Assembly (NCBI GenBank): GCA_018433085.1
Contig: JAHDRW010000041.1
Coordinates: 19,386-83,385 of the forward strand
DNA length: 64,000 bases
Reading direction: 5' to 3'
From: Deltaproteobacteria bacterium
GTDB taxonomy: Bacteria; Desulfobacterota; Desulfomonilia; UBA1062
Below, piece by piece: positions 30,229 to 39,472 of this stretch. The notes beneath the pieces are model-generated. The model saw nothing but the letters and a program-made list of their open reading frames with translations, searched no databases and was not told the DNA's origin. How positions within the stretch are numbered: position 1 is the first letter of the stretch; every line of letters starts with the position of its first letter. A program made the position numbers and the translations under genes.

Positions 30229-31050
30229 TTATTCCACCGCCTTGAGATCTTTGCGGATAAGGCTCCCGATCGTGTCGTCGAACCGTTCGAAAAGCTCTTC
30301 CACAATCTTCTTGGGCGCCCCTTTGAGCACGATGTTCTCCTTCTTCGCAACGGGCGAAAAGATATCCACGATCCGGGTGGCCGATCCCTGCAGGCCCACG
30401 GCATCCTCGCCCAGTCCCAGGTCGCGGGCGCCCACGGTCAGGATGCCGGGCTCCCTGAACGCATCTTGCAGGCCTGCCATCGAGGCGTAGCGCGGCATGA
30501 AGAAGCCGGTGGCCACGGTGACGAGACCGGGCGTGTCCATCTCCAGGGTCTCGAGAAAGTTGTCCGACACCCGTTTGATCCGCAGGGTGTTCCCGCGTAG
30601 ATCGAGATCTTCCACGGCCGCGATCGACGGGATGTCCAGTTCCTCGGCAAGCTGAGGCCCCACCTGGGCGGTCTCGCTGTCGGAGGTGTGGCACCCGCAG
30701 AGGATCAGGTCGAAGTCGGGGCAGAAGATCTCGATGGCCCGGGCAAGGGTGAACGAGGTGGCCAGGGTGTCCGCACCCGCCATCTTCGGGTCCGAGACCA
30801 TGAGACAGCGGTCCGCACCCAGGGCGATGGCCTCCCGGAGGATCTCCTCCGCCATGGGCGGCCCCATGGTCATGGCCGTGATGTGACCGCCATGGCGCTC
30901 CTTGAGCATCAGCGCCGCCTCAAGGGCATGCTTGCAGGCTGGGTTCATCATGCCTTCGGCCGCGTCCCTGGTAAGGGTGCCGGTTACCGGGTCCCATGGA
31001 AGGTCGCTCACCATGGGCACCTGTTTCATGCATACGATCATCTTGAGCAT
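30229..31050 (-). CDS. etfB: electron transfer flavoprotein beta subunit
   Basis: MLKMIVCMKQVPMVSDL... is a typical EtfB start. It lies directly upstream of etfA with a 3-nt gap. The ORF-track start at 31059 is GTG; ATG 31050 or 31041 is possible. Confidence 0.9.
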   Translation of the reverse strand: MLKMIVCMKQVPMVSDLPWDPVTGTLTRDAAEGMMNPACKHALEAALMLKERHGGHITAMTMGPPMAEEILREAIALGADRCLMVSDPKMAGADTLATSFTLARAIEIFCPDFDLILCGCHTSDSETAQVGPQLAEELDIPSIAAVEDLDLRGNTLRIKRVSDNFLETLEMDTPGLVTVATGFFMPRYASMAGLQDAFREPGILTVGARDLGLGEDAVGLQGSATRIVDIFSPVAKKENIVLKGAPKKIVEELFERFDDTIGSLIRKDLKAVE

Positions 31051-31064
31051 CGTCGTCACCCTTT

Positions 31065-32216
31065 TTACACCGGCTCGGCCAGGATGGCCCGTGATATCAC
31101 CATGCGCTGGATCTCGCTCGTTCCCTCGTAGATCTCGGTCACCTTGGCGTCGCGGAAATAGCGCTCCACATCGTATTCCTTGCTGTATCCGTAGCCGCCG
31201 TGGATCTGCACGGCCTTTCCGGTCACCCTCGATGCAGTGGCGCTTGCATAGAGCTTGGCCATGGAGGCCTCCTTGCCGAAGGGCCTGCCGCTGTCCTTGC
31301 GCTCGCTGGCGCGGTACACCAGCAGGCGGGCCGCGTCGATCTCGGTGGCCATGTCCGCGAGCATGTTCTGGATGGACTGAAACGACGATATGGGCTTTCT
31401 GAACTGCTGGCGCTCCCGGGAGTACTTGACCGAGGCCTCATAGGCCGCCTGGGCGATCCCCACGGCCTGTGCCCCGATTCCGATTCTGCCGATGTCAAGC
31501 GCGTCGAGCCCAATCTTCAGGCCGTCGCCCTCTTTGCCGAGCAGGTTCTCCCTACCGACCCGGCAGTCCTCGAAGAACAGCGATGATACGGGATTCGCCC
31601 GCATGCCGCACAGGTCTTCGATCTCCCCTACGGAAAAGCCGGGCATCCCCTTCTCCATGATGAATACGCTCGCGTTCCGGCCCGGTCTGGCCTGCGGGTC
31701 CGTGATGGCGAAGATCAGCGGCAGGCCGCACACCCCGCCGTTGGTCACGAAGATCTTGGTGCCGTTGATCACGTACTGCCCGCCGGTGAAAACCGCATGG
31801 GTCTCCACGCCGCCCGCGTCGGAGCCAGCGTTGGCCTCGGTGAGGCAGAACGCGCCGATGCACTCCCCGCCCGAGAGCCTCGGCACGAAGCGCTCCTTCT
31901 GCTCTTTTGTACCGTATCTGAGTATCGGGGAGATGCCGACGCTGTTGTGGACCGTGAGGCACAGCCCCAATGAGCCGCTCACCCGGGAAATCTCCTCGAT
32001 GGCGATCGCGTAGCTGATGCTGTCGATCCCGGCGCCGCCGTACTCTTTCGGCACCTGGAGCCCGAAAAAGTTCAATGGGCGCATCTTTTCGACAACCTCC
32101 AGGGGAAACCGGGCCTCCTGGTCGATCTCGTGGGCTACGGGCCCGAGCTCGGCCTCCGCGAACTCCCGCACGCTCTTGCGGACGAGCTTATGCTTCATGC
32201 ACGCATCGAATTCCAC
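31065..32216 (-). CDS. acyl-CoA dehydrogenase (short/medium-chain type)
   Basis: Includes GSDAGG and RYFRDAKVTEIYEGTSEIQRMVISRAIL, with the catalytic Glu in YEGT. The start is uncertain. I chose GTG 32216 (VEFDACMKHKLVRKSVREFAE, AAAGGAG 11 nt upstream); the ORF track extends to 32270. Confidence 0.85.
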   Translation of the reverse strand: MEFDACMKHKLVRKSVREFAEAELGPVAHEIDQEARFPLEVVEKMRPLNFFGLQVPKEYGGAGIDSISYAIAIEEISRVSGSLGLCLTVHNSVGISPILRYGTKEQKERFVPRLSGGECIGAFCLTEANAGSDAGGVETHAVFTGGQYVINGTKIFVTNGGVCGLPLIFAITDPQARPGRNASVFIMEKGMPGFSVGEIEDLCGMRANPVSSLFFEDCRVGRENLLGKEGDGLKIGLDALDIGRIGIGAQAVGIAQAAYEASVKYSRERQQFRKPISSFQSIQNMLADMATEIDAARLLVYRASERKDSGRPFGKEASMAKLYASATASRVTGKAVQIHGGYGYSKEYDVERYFRDAKVTEIYEGTSEIQRMVISRAILAEPV

Positions 32217-32424
32217 AGCAGTTGCCGCTCCTTTGTCATGAACCGTTTCTCGTGTGGTCCGGAGCAGCACAATAACTCAATTCACCGGAAAGTTCAAGGG
32301 CATGCAATGCCCTCTCCGGGCTCAGAATTGTGTGCGCAAGGCCTTGATTTTTCCTGCTTGAGATCCTAGGTAAACGAATGATATTCATGCATATTCAAAA
32401 TCGAAAACCCAAGATGGAGGAATC

Positions 32425-34392
32425 ATGGAGCACATGAAGGAAACCCGCCAGTTCAAGACCGAGGTGCAACAGCTGATGAAGCTCATCGTCAATTCGCTCT
32501 ATTCCCATCCCGAGATCTTCCTGCGGGAGCTGATATCCAACGCCTCGGACGCCATCGACAAGGTCAGGTTCAAGTCCCAGACCGACCCGGACATCCTCGG
32601 GCAGGACGCCGAGTTCAGGATCAGAATCGTCCCGGACAGGGAGAACCAGACCATCACAGTGGAAGACAACGGCATCGGCATGACCTATGACGAGGTGGTG
32701 GAAAACATCGGGACCATCGCACAGAGCGGCACCAGGGCCTTTCTCGACGCCATGGAAAAGGCAAAGAACAAGGAAAGCCTTCTGCCCGAGCTCATCGGCC
32801 AGTTCGGGGTCGGGTTCTACAGCGCCTTTATCGTGGCGGAAAAGGTCACGCTCCTCACGCGGGCGGCGGGACAGGAAAAGGCCGTGAGATGGGAATCGTC
32901 CGGCGACGGTTCCTACACCGTCGAGGAGGCCGACAAGGATTCCCGCGGCACTACGGTGACGCTGGAGCTGAAAAAACGCGGCGATGACGAGCCCGACTAC
33001 ACCGACGAGTGGACCATCCGTGGCATCGTGAAGCGGCATTCCGACTTTGTGAGCTACCCCATCGTCATGGATGTCGAACGACAGGAGCAGATCCCGGAAG
33101 ACGAGATCATCAAGGACAAGGACGGCAAGCCCATCGGATCGACCACCCGAACCGTGAAGCAGCAGGAGACGCTCAACTCCATGAAGGCCATCTGGACCAA
33201 GAACCGCTCCGAGGTCACCGAGGAGGAATACGCCGAGTTCTACAAGCACATCAGCCACGACTGGGAGGCCCCCCTTGCGCACCTCCACATCCGGTTCGAA
33301 GGCACCACCGAGTACCAGGCCCTGCTGTACATCCCCTCGCACCTGCCCTTGGACTTCACCCTGCGGGAGCGCAGGCACGGCATCCACCTCTACAGCAAGC
33401 GGGTCTTCATCATGGACGACTGCCGGGAGCTCATGCCCGAATATCTCGGGTTCGTCCACGGCGTGGTGGACGCCCCGGACCTGAATCTCAACATCAGCCG
33501 CGAGATCCTGCAGCACGATTCCCTGGTGAGGAACATCCGGAAAAACCTTCTCAAGCGGATCTTCGACCTGCTCGAGAACATGGAGCCCGAAAAATACGAA
33601 CAGTTCTTCGCAGAGTTCGGCGCCATCCTGAAAATCGGCGTCCCCACGGACCACGAAAACCGGGAGCGGATCGCAAAGCTTCTCAGGTACCGCACCACCA
33701 GGTCCGAGGGGAAGTTCGTGTCGCTTAAGCACTATGTCGAGCGGATGCAGCCGGGTCAGGACGAGGTCTACTACATCACGGGCGATAACTTCGCCGCCCT
33801 GGCCAACAGCCCGCACCTGGAGCGGCTCAAGGAGAAAGACCTGGAGGTGGTGCTCATGACCGACCCCATCGACGAGTGGGTGGTCCAGCACCTGGGGCGG
33901 TTCGATGACAAGAAGTTCGTCAGCGCGGAAAAGGGTGACCTGGGCCTGGACAAGCCGGACGACAAAAAATCGGGCGAGTTCGGCGATTTCTTCGCCTTTC
34001 TCAAGGACGAGCTCAAGGACCTGGTCAAGGAGGTAAAGCCCTCGACCCACCTGAAGGACTCGATCTCGTGCCTTTCCGGCGAGGCGTACGACATGAGCGC
34101 CTACATGGAGAAGATCCTCAGGGCCTCGGGCCAGAAGACCGAGCCCGTAAAAAGGGTGCTCGAGCTCAACATCGACCATCCGGCCATCGCGAACGTCAAG
34201 TACGTGTTCGAGAAGGACCGTGAAGACCCGGCGCTCAAGGATTACGCCCGGCTCCTCTATGATCTGGCCGTGGTCGCCGAGGGGGGCAAGGTGGGGGACC
34301 CCTCGCGCTTTTCCCGTACCGTGGGCCTGCTCATGGCCGAGGCCATCACCGCCGAAGAGCTCATGGCAGGGGATGATGCGATCGAGGTGTGA
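32425..34392 (+). CDS. htpG: molecular chaperone HtpG (Hsp90)
   Basis: [37 protein letters not shown]...[12 protein letters not shown]. Length 655 aa, with GGAGG 5 nt upstream of the ATG. Confidence 0.95.
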   Translation: MEHMKETRQFKTEVQQLMKLIVNSLYSHPEIFLRELISNASDAIDKVRFKSQTDPDILGQDAEFRIRIVPDRENQTITVEDNGIGMTYDEVVENIGTIAQSGTRAFLDAMEKAKNKESLLPELIGQFGVGFYSAFIVAEKVTLLTRAAGQEKAVRWESSGDGSYTVEEADKDSRGTTVTLELKKRGDDEPDYTDEWTIRGIVKRHSDFVSYPIVMDVERQEQIPEDEIIKDKDGKPIGSTTRTVKQQETLNSMKAIWTKNRSEVTEEEYAEFYKHISHDWEAPLAHLHIRFEGTTEYQALLYIPSHLPLDFTLRERRHGIHLYSKRVFIMDDCRELMPEYLGFVHGVVDAPDLNLNISREILQHDSLVRNIRKNLLKRIFDLLENMEPEKYEQFFAEFGAILKIGVPTDHENRERIAKLLRYRTTRSEGKFVSLKHYVERMQPGQDEVYYITGDNFAALANSPHLERLKEKDLEVVLMTDPIDEWVVQHLGRFDDKKFVSAEKGDLGLDKPDDKKSGEFGDFFAFLKDELKDLVKEVKPSTHLKDSISCLSGEAYDMSAYMEKILRASGQKTEPVKRVLELNIDHPAIANVKYVFEKDREDPALKDYARLLYDLAVVAEGGKVGDPSRFSRTVGLLMAEAITAEELMAGDDAIEV

Positions 34393-34408
34393 GAAGGATA
34401 CAAAAACA

Positions 34409-34446
34409 GGGAACCCTGCTCAGAGCAGGGTCCCCCTTTTTCGTTT
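34409..34446 (+). terminator. rho-independent terminator of htpG
   Basis: Stem 34413-34420 (AACCCTGC T) pairs with 34424-34431 around a 3-nt loop. It extends by three G-C pairs beyond one mismatch and is followed by CTTTTTCGTTTC. Confidence 0.8.
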
Positions 34447-34468
34447 CAGATGAGACTGTCTTTTTACC

Positions 34469-35026
34469 CTATTCCGCCCAGACGACATCGGACAGCTGGG
34501 TAGGATAACTGTTCAAGAAGCCAAGGCAGAGATCGTTTGCCTCGTCGATAAACGCCAATGCCCCCTCGTCGTAATCCGGCATATCTGCGGAAAGGACCGG
34601 CACTACCTCTTCAGGGGTCGCACTCTCGATGTTGTCCAGGGTGGTGACAATATAATAATCTTGCGGGACACCTCCATCTGCAATAATAGCCCTGAATGCC
34701 ATACCGCTGTCCACTTCGCCTCCTGCCAGAATCTCCCACTGGGCATCCACGTTCATCCCGGCATCTGTTGACTGGGTGATGGAGAACCATCCCTCATCCG
34801 GACTCCCCCTCCACTTGAATGCGCAGTGAAAATCATCCTCGCCTTCCGGGCCCTTAGGTTCACCGGCTGATACGGGCGATATGCCCGGCACGACAGTATG
34901 TCCGGTATGACGAAAAGGAGCGAATGAGCGCATGACAGTGGATACGAAATCATGCTTGTGATACAAGACAACCGGATTTATCAACTGACAGACAGGGGTT
35001 CTTGAGGAAGGTATGAAGAAGCTCAT
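34469..35026 (-). CDS. acidic hypothetical protein
   Basis: A 185-aa ORF with GC visibly lower than its neighbours. The start is uncertain, because ATG 35026 overlaps the divergent DnaJ-domain gene start; ATG 34933 is an alternative. No motif recognised. Confidence 0.4.
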   Translation of the reverse strand: MSFFIPSSRTPVCQLINPVVLYHKHDFVSTVMRSFAPFRHTGHTVVPGISPVSAGEPKGPEGEDDFHCAFKWRGSPDEGWFSITQSTDAGMNVDAQWEILAGGEVDSGMAFRAIIADGGVPQDYYIVTTLDNIESATPEEVVPVLSADMPDYDEGALAFIDEANDLCLGFLNSYPTQLSDVVWAE

Positions 35027-35468
35027 CCTGATCCTGCTCGCCGCAGCCTATGCCGCGAGCCCCTATGACCTTCTGCCGGATTTTCTCATCGGCTGGGGCT
35101 GGCTCGATGACCTGTTCGTCGGCTATCTCCTGTACCGGTACGTGCTCTTCCCGGTAGCGGGCCGATTCACCCGGCCCGGAGGTTCCGGCGGCCGGGAACG
35201 TGAATACGCAAGGCAGGATTCCGCGGCCGGCAGCCAGCCCGGTTCCGGCGGCGCAGGTCCCTCCGCCCGCGCGCCCGGTCCCAAAGACCCCTATTCCGTG
35301 CTTGGTCTCGACCGGGATGCGTCCAGGGATGAGATCCAGAAGGCCTACCGGGAGCTTGCGAACAAGTACCACCCGGACAAGGTCCAGCACCTGGGCGAGG
35401 AGTTCAGGGTGCTGGCCGAAGAGCGTTTCAAGGAGATCCGGCAGGCATATGTCTCCCTTATGGAATGA
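35013..35468 (+). CDS. DUF1232 (YkvA-like) membrane domain fused to a C-terminal J domain
   Basis: The N-terminus AASPYDLLPDFLIGWGWLDDLFV is DUF1232-like. A Gly/Ser/Pro linker follows. The C-terminus DPYSVLGLDRDASRDEIQKAYRELANKYHPDK is a J domain with HPD. GAGGAAGG lies upstream of the ATG. Confidence 0.8.
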   Translation: MKKLILILLAAAYAASPYDLLPDFLIGWGWLDDLFVGYLLYRYVLFPVAGRFTRPGGSGGREREYARQDSAAGSQPGSGGAGPSARAPGPKDPYSVLGLDRDASRDEIQKAYRELANKYHPDKVQHLGEEFRVLAEERFKEIRQAYVSLME

Positions 35469-35476
35469 CTTGCGAC

Positions 35477-35595
35477 ATTCAACGGCATGGACCTTCAACG
35501 GCAAGCCCCGGACCCTCGTGAAGCCGAAAAGCTTGAACGGGAATGTGACCCCACCTTCAAAGTCCTTAAAGAAGCGGATTTAGAAGATGGATTCA
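35477..35595. repeat. intergenic repeat family, copy B
   Basis: ATTCAACGGCATGGACCTTCAACGGCAAGCCCCGGACC...TGAACGGGAATGTGACCCCACCTTCAAAGTCCTTAAAGAAGCGGATTTAGAAGATGGATTCA. It begins 9 nt after the DnaJ-domain gene stop. A further hairpin follows at 35619-35625/35633-35639 (AAGCGCC/GGCGCTT). Confidence 0.65.
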
Positions 35596-35905
35596 TCCGT
35601 AGTCGTCTGGGGGTCGGGAAGCGCCTTTTGGCGGCGCTTGTACAGCGGAACGGCGGGATTCTCCGGCAGCCTTTTTTAACTGTATGAAAACAAACCCTTG
35701 CAGATCTTTCCTCCGGATACTATAGTACCGGCGCGTGAAAGCCCCAAGAGTCCTGGTAAATTCTCGGGATACGCGGGATGTCGTATATTCTTTCTCAAGT
35801 ATTGAATAGCACGAGACGATAGGAACCGGCAGAGAGCAATACCGATTACCCTCAGGCGAGGAGAAAGGATGTCGAAGCGCCATGGGAATTTTCCGGAGGA
35901 GTGAG

Positions 35906-36286
35906 ATGGGGATGAAAAACGGTTCGAACATGGATAATATCGTGGGCCTGCTCGGCAAGGGCACCGAGTTCGAAGGCAAGCTGATTTTCGAAGGAACCTT
36001 GCGGATCGACGGCAAGTTCAAGGGAGAGGTTATCACCAGCGGGATCCTCGCCGTCGGCGACGGCGCCCTGGTTCATGCCGAGGTCCAGGCCGACACGATT
36101 ATCGTGCGCGGAGAGGTTCACGGGAATCTCAAGGCCGCCAAGCAGGTGGAGATCAAAGGCAACGGCAGGCTTTACGGCAACATCAACACGCCTTCCCTCA
36201 TCGTGGACGAAGGGGTGGTTTTCGAGGGGAGCTGTCAGATGACAAATGCAGAGAAGACGGTCATTCCCCTGGACGTGAAAAAATAG
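35906..36286 (+). CDS. bactofilin (polymer-forming cytoskeletal protein)
   Basis: GKGTEFEGKLIFEGTLRIDGKFKGEVITSGILAVGDGALVHAEVQADTIIVRGEVHGNLKAAKQVEIKGNGRLYGNINTPSLIVDEGVVFEG shows the beta-helical bactofilin repeat. ATG 35906 lies 4 nt after GGAGGAG; ATG 35912 is an alternative. Confidence 0.85.
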   Translation: MGMKNGSNMDNIVGLLGKGTEFEGKLIFEGTLRIDGKFKGEVITSGILAVGDGALVHAEVQADTIIVRGEVHGNLKAAKQVEIKGNGRLYGNINTPSLIVDEGVVFEGSCQMTNAEKTVIPLDVKK

Positions 36287-36313
36287 CTTTAAGGTCCTTA
36301 AAGCCGCCTTTTT
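36287..36313. terminator. hairpin CTTTAAGGTCCTTAAAG plus T-run; also a hairpin-only relative (D) of the repeat family
   Basis: CTTTAA/TTAAAG stem with GGTCC loop at 36287-36303, followed by CCGCCTTTTT. It sits between the convergent bactofilin and GGDEF genes. The hairpin matches the 3-prime module of repeats A and B. Confidence 0.5.
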
Positions 36314-36396
36314 CTTCTGTCTCTCGCCGCATCCCCTTTCCGGGGGTGCCTGAAGAAATCATCCGACAATACCGGACCCTGCTGAAAAATAAAACG

Positions 36397-37782
36397 TCAC
36401 GACCGCCGGGACGCCTTGCAGGAACGGGCTCCCGCCTTCCCGGTGCCGACGATCGGAGCGACCCGGCCGTCGCTGCAGCGGATAAAACAGCTCTTGCGCT
36501 CCTTTGCCCGGTACATCGCCTCGTCAGCGCATTTCAGGAGCACCTCGGCGTCATGACCGTCTTCGGGAAAGATACTGATCCCGATGCTGGTGGAGATGAA
36601 ATCGATGGTGATGTCCATGATGTGATACGGCATGCACAGCTCCTCGACGATCCTCCCTGCCACCCGCTCGACGTTGAGGTCACGCGAATTGGTGAGAATG
36701 ATCGAAAACTCGTCGCCGCCCAGTCTGCTCACGTAATCGCTTTCGCGGACAATCCGCCGGAGCCTGGCCGCCACCTCGACAAGTAGCCGGTCTCCGATCT
36801 CGTGACCGTGGACGTCATTGACCTTTTTGAACGAATCCAGGTCCAGATACAGCACCGCCCTCCTGGCCTCGTAACGCCTGGCCTCCCTGATGGTTTCGGT
36901 GAGCTTTTCCACAAAGGCCTTCCGGTTGAACAACCCGGTAAGGGAATCGTGATAGGCCATATAGGTGAGCTCCTGCTCGAACCGTTTGCGTTCGGTGACG
37001 TCGCGGATGATCCCCTGGAACCCGACCGGGTCGCCCTTGCGGTCTTTTTTCAGGGAGATCGAGGTGTCTGCGACGAAGCGGGACCCGTCCTTCTTCATGA
37101 GCTCCCACTCCATCGACTTGACTGATTCACCTGTGGTGAAGATCTTGTGGAACGCGCTGAAGACGAACTCGGCGCTGGTCTTGTCCATCAGCCGCCGGTA
37201 GTTCATTCCCACCATTTCTTCCTCGGTGTAGCCCATGTGCTCGGGAACCCGGCTGTTGAAAAAGGTGAAGTTGCCTGCCAGGTCCACCTCGAAGTATCCG
37301 TCTTCTATGGAGTCGAGGATGATCCGGAAGCGTGTGTCGCTTTCGATGAGTGCGTGTTCCGTCTCCAGGCGTTCGGTGACGTCCCGGGCCACGCCCTGCA
37401 CCATCTCTTTCCCTTCGCGGTCCCTGACCAGGATGTTTGTGTATTCAATGACGTGGGATTGGCCGTCCCTGGATATCACCTGCATGAGGCCCTCGTCCTT
37501 TCCGTTGGAGATGACCCGCTGGAGATAATCGTCGAACTGTTTGCGGTAATGCTTCGGCATCATGCTGCGGGCGTTTCTGCCCACCACGTCCTCGCGGTAC
37601 AGCCCGAGCCTCCCGGTATAGTGGGGAGTGAGTTCGGTGAAATTGCCCTCCAGATCGTGCTCGAACACGAACTCGGTTATATCCTTGGAGATCTCCGCAA
37701 AACGCTCACAGTAGTCCCCGAGCCGCATATTGAGCTCGGATATCTTCTGTTCCAGATCCCGGTATGTCGGTTTCCCGATCAT
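36397..37782 (-). CDS. PAS-PAS-GGDEF diguanylate cyclase
   Basis: Two PAS-like segments followed by YHDSLTGLFNR...RLGGDEFSIIL...SIGISIFPEDG (GGDEF). The ORF-track start at 37797 is TTG. ATG 37782 has GAGGA 7 nt upstream. Confidence 0.9.
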   Translation of the reverse strand: MIGKPTYRDLEQKISELNMRLGDYCERFAEISKDITEFVFEHDLEGNFTELTPHYTGRLGLYREDVVGRNARSMMPKHYRKQFDDYLQRVISNGKDEGLMQVISRDGQSHVIEYTNILVRDREGKEMVQGVARDVTERLETEHALIESDTRFRIILDSIEDGYFEVDLAGNFTFFNSRVPEHMGYTEEEMVGMNYRRLMDKTSAEFVFSAFHKIFTTGESVKSMEWELMKKDGSRFVADTSISLKKDRKGDPVGFQGIIRDVTERKRFEQELTYMAYHDSLTGLFNRKAFVEKLTETIREARRYEARRAVLYLDLDSFKKVNDVHGHEIGDRLLVEVAARLRRIVRESDYVSRLGGDEFSIILTNSRDLNVERVAGRIVEELCMPYHIMDITIDFISTSIGISIFPEDGHDAEVLLKCADEAMYRAKERKSCFIRCSDGRVAPIVGTGKAGARSCKASRRS

Positions 37783-38011
37783 GGAAACCATCCTCAATCA
37801 GGATCGGCGGCGGCGTGCACGAGGAATTTCAGCCTGTAGCCTGCTGTTTTCTGCGTGTCCCGGAGCTTCAAGTATGAGATCCCCCTTAAAGAAACATTTT
37901 CCTTTCAGCACCTATCGGAGAAATCTCCGGAAAAAATTATTTTGAATTCGCGACTTATTTCAGCGGGAGGATAGCGGTCCGCTTCTACCTTTCACATTTT
38001 GCGCAGGCATC

Positions 38012-38039
38012 TTGACTTCACCCCGCGCACCATTATCAT
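38012..38039 (+). promoter_or_regulatory. sigma-70-like promoter pointing at the 38049-38114 hairpin
   Basis: TTGACT (38012-38017), a 16-nt spacer, then TATCAT (38034-38039). The predicted start would be ~7-9 nt later, at the foot of the hairpin. Confidence 0.3.
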
Positions 38040-38048
38040 TAACCCTAC

Positions 38049-38114
38049 GCCTTGGGTTCACATTCTAAAAGTGAGTATCTCCCCATAGACCCTCACTCGG
38101 ATTGAACCCAAGGC
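38049..38114. other. 66-nt near-perfect extended hairpin in a 390-bp intergenic spacer (candidate small RNA or REP-like element)
   Basis: GCCTTGGGTTCA (38049-38060) pairs with TGAACCCAAGGC (38103-38114). ATTC (38062-38065) pairs with GGAT (38099-38102). AGTGAG (38070-38075) pairs with CTCACT (38092-38097). That is 22 bp around a 16-nt loop. Confidence 0.4.
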
Positions 38115-38190
38115 ATCCCTCTCTACAGGCGGCTTCCGGGGTCGAGTACGTCTTTGCGCCACTCGCGCCGTGCATGCGTAAAATGCACAC

Positions 38191-38928
38191 CTATACGTAC
38201 ATCCCTGTATGGCCTACCGCGCTCAGGTACAGCACGCTCTCCTGAATGCCGTCCACGCCGATGATCTCGTTGACCTCATTGTCGAACAGGGCCCCCGCGT
38301 GGCAGCACCCGAGCCCTATGCTGATGCTGGCGAGAGACAGGTTCTGCGCCATGTGCCCCGCCTCGATGTACACGTAACGGTATCCCCGCTGCCGGTATTT
38401 CCACACCGTCCTCTTGAACACGGCGGTAAAGACGACGACCGCTGCGGCATGTGCGCACATGGCCTGGCCCAGGGCAGCCCGGGCTATAGCCTCGCTGAAG
38501 TCTCCAAGCTTCAGCTCTTCGAGCTGGTGCGATTTCACCTGGTAGTGGTATACCCCCCGCTCCAGTCCGTCGATCCTTTCGGCGATCACATAGGACTCCA
38601 CCGGATACAGTGCCCCGGCGGAAGGAACCGTCCGGAAGGCAAAGCCCATCTCCCTTCTCTGGATGCCGCTCGAGGTCCACAGAAGCGAGGAGAGATTCTC
38701 CAGGGAAATCGGGGTGTCGAGAAAACGCCGGAGGCTCTTTCTCCTGAGCAGGGCCTCGTACAGGCTCATGTCGCCGCACCGGTCGATCGCCGGCAGCGAT
38801 ATCTTGCGCGCGTGAGGATATTCCTTGTAGATGGGCGGCTTCCCGTCCAGATCCAGAGAGCCTCTGGGCATCCGCCTCCTGTCATACTTCGTCTCTCTCT
38901 GAAACCTCTCCCCTATTCCATCTTTCAT
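38191..38928 (-). CDS. SagB-type dehydrogenase / nitroreductase-superfamily protein
   Basis: 245 aa: RRKSLRRF...LSSLLWTSSG...RTVPSAGALYPVESYV...GVYHY...YRYVYIEAGHMAQNLSL has the SagB/ThcOx-type layout. GGGGGAG precedes the ATG. Confidence 0.75.
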   Translation of the reverse strand: MKDGIGERFQRETKYDRRRMPRGSLDLDGKPPIYKEYPHARKISLPAIDRCGDMSLYEALLRRKSLRRFLDTPISLENLSSLLWTSSGIQRREMGFAFRTVPSAGALYPVESYVIAERIDGLERGVYHYQVKSHQLEELKLGDFSEAIARAALGQAMCAHAAAVVVFTAVFKRTVWKYRQRGYRYVYIEAGHMAQNLSLASISIGLGCCHAGALFDNEVNEIIGVDGIQESVLYLSAVGHTGMYV

Positions 38929-39048
38929 GACACTCCCCCCGTTTCATCCCTGGTGCGAGAGGGAAACCGCATGCATCGCACACCCTGCGCAGCAGGGAAC
39001 AGAATCACGCCTTGTTAAAACTGCGCCCCCTTCAGGAGAAGACGCCCT

Positions 39049-39330
39049 TCAGTCCTCGCGGGAACCATAGTTTGCATCGAGCAGCTTCCTGGTCACCGAC
39101 CCCGGCTTCTTCAGAATCTTCGAGCCCCTGGTTATCTTGCAGAGGCTGATCTGATGATGCGCCGCGATACTTCTCTGGGCATGTCCGGCATGCAGCTCCT
39201 TGAGCAGCTCCCACCTGAGCTCCAGGTCCTTGATCTCCCTGGGCGTGAATATCTCCTCAAAAAACGAGGCCATCTCCTTATGGTCGTGGATGTCGGCGAA
39301 TATCTTTTCCAGCTCGTGACGGGCCTTCAT
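39049..39330 (-). CDS. TrpR-related YerC/YecD-family small DNA-binding protein
   Basis: 93 aa from ATG 39330 (AGGAGG 6 nt upstream): MKARHELEKIFADIHDHKEMASFFEEIFTPREIKDLELRWELLKELHAGHAQRSIAAHHQISLCKITRGSKILK. Confidence 0.7.
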   Translation of the reverse strand: MKARHELEKIFADIHDHKEMASFFEEIFTPREIKDLELRWELLKELHAGHAQRSIAAHHQISLCKITRGSKILKKPGSVTRKLLDANYGSRED

Positions 39331-39472
39331 GGCAGCCTCCTGCAAGGGGATAATGGATATAGTTACAACACAACGATTCCTTTTTCCAGAGAATCCTTGC
39401 CCCTCTCGGATAGCGTTCATCCCCGTCGCTCCACGGGAAACAGCCTTCCGCATGGGATGCATCGTACCCGGT

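Noticed and set aside
32395-34179. 594-aa ORF on the minus strand
   Set aside because: It lies entirely antisense to htpG, whose product is unmistakable. The translation is Val/Leu/Gly/Asp/Glu-rich with no motif. This is a typical shadow ORF of a GC-rich coding region.
38065-38175. 36-codon minus-strand ORF (MHGASGAKTYSTPEAACREGCLGFNPSEGLWGDTHF) just downstream of the SagB-type gene, considered as a RiPP precursor
   Set aside because: It has no SD. It spans the large hairpin. No YcaO or cyclodehydratase is present in the window. Its Cys/Ser/Thr content is not striking.
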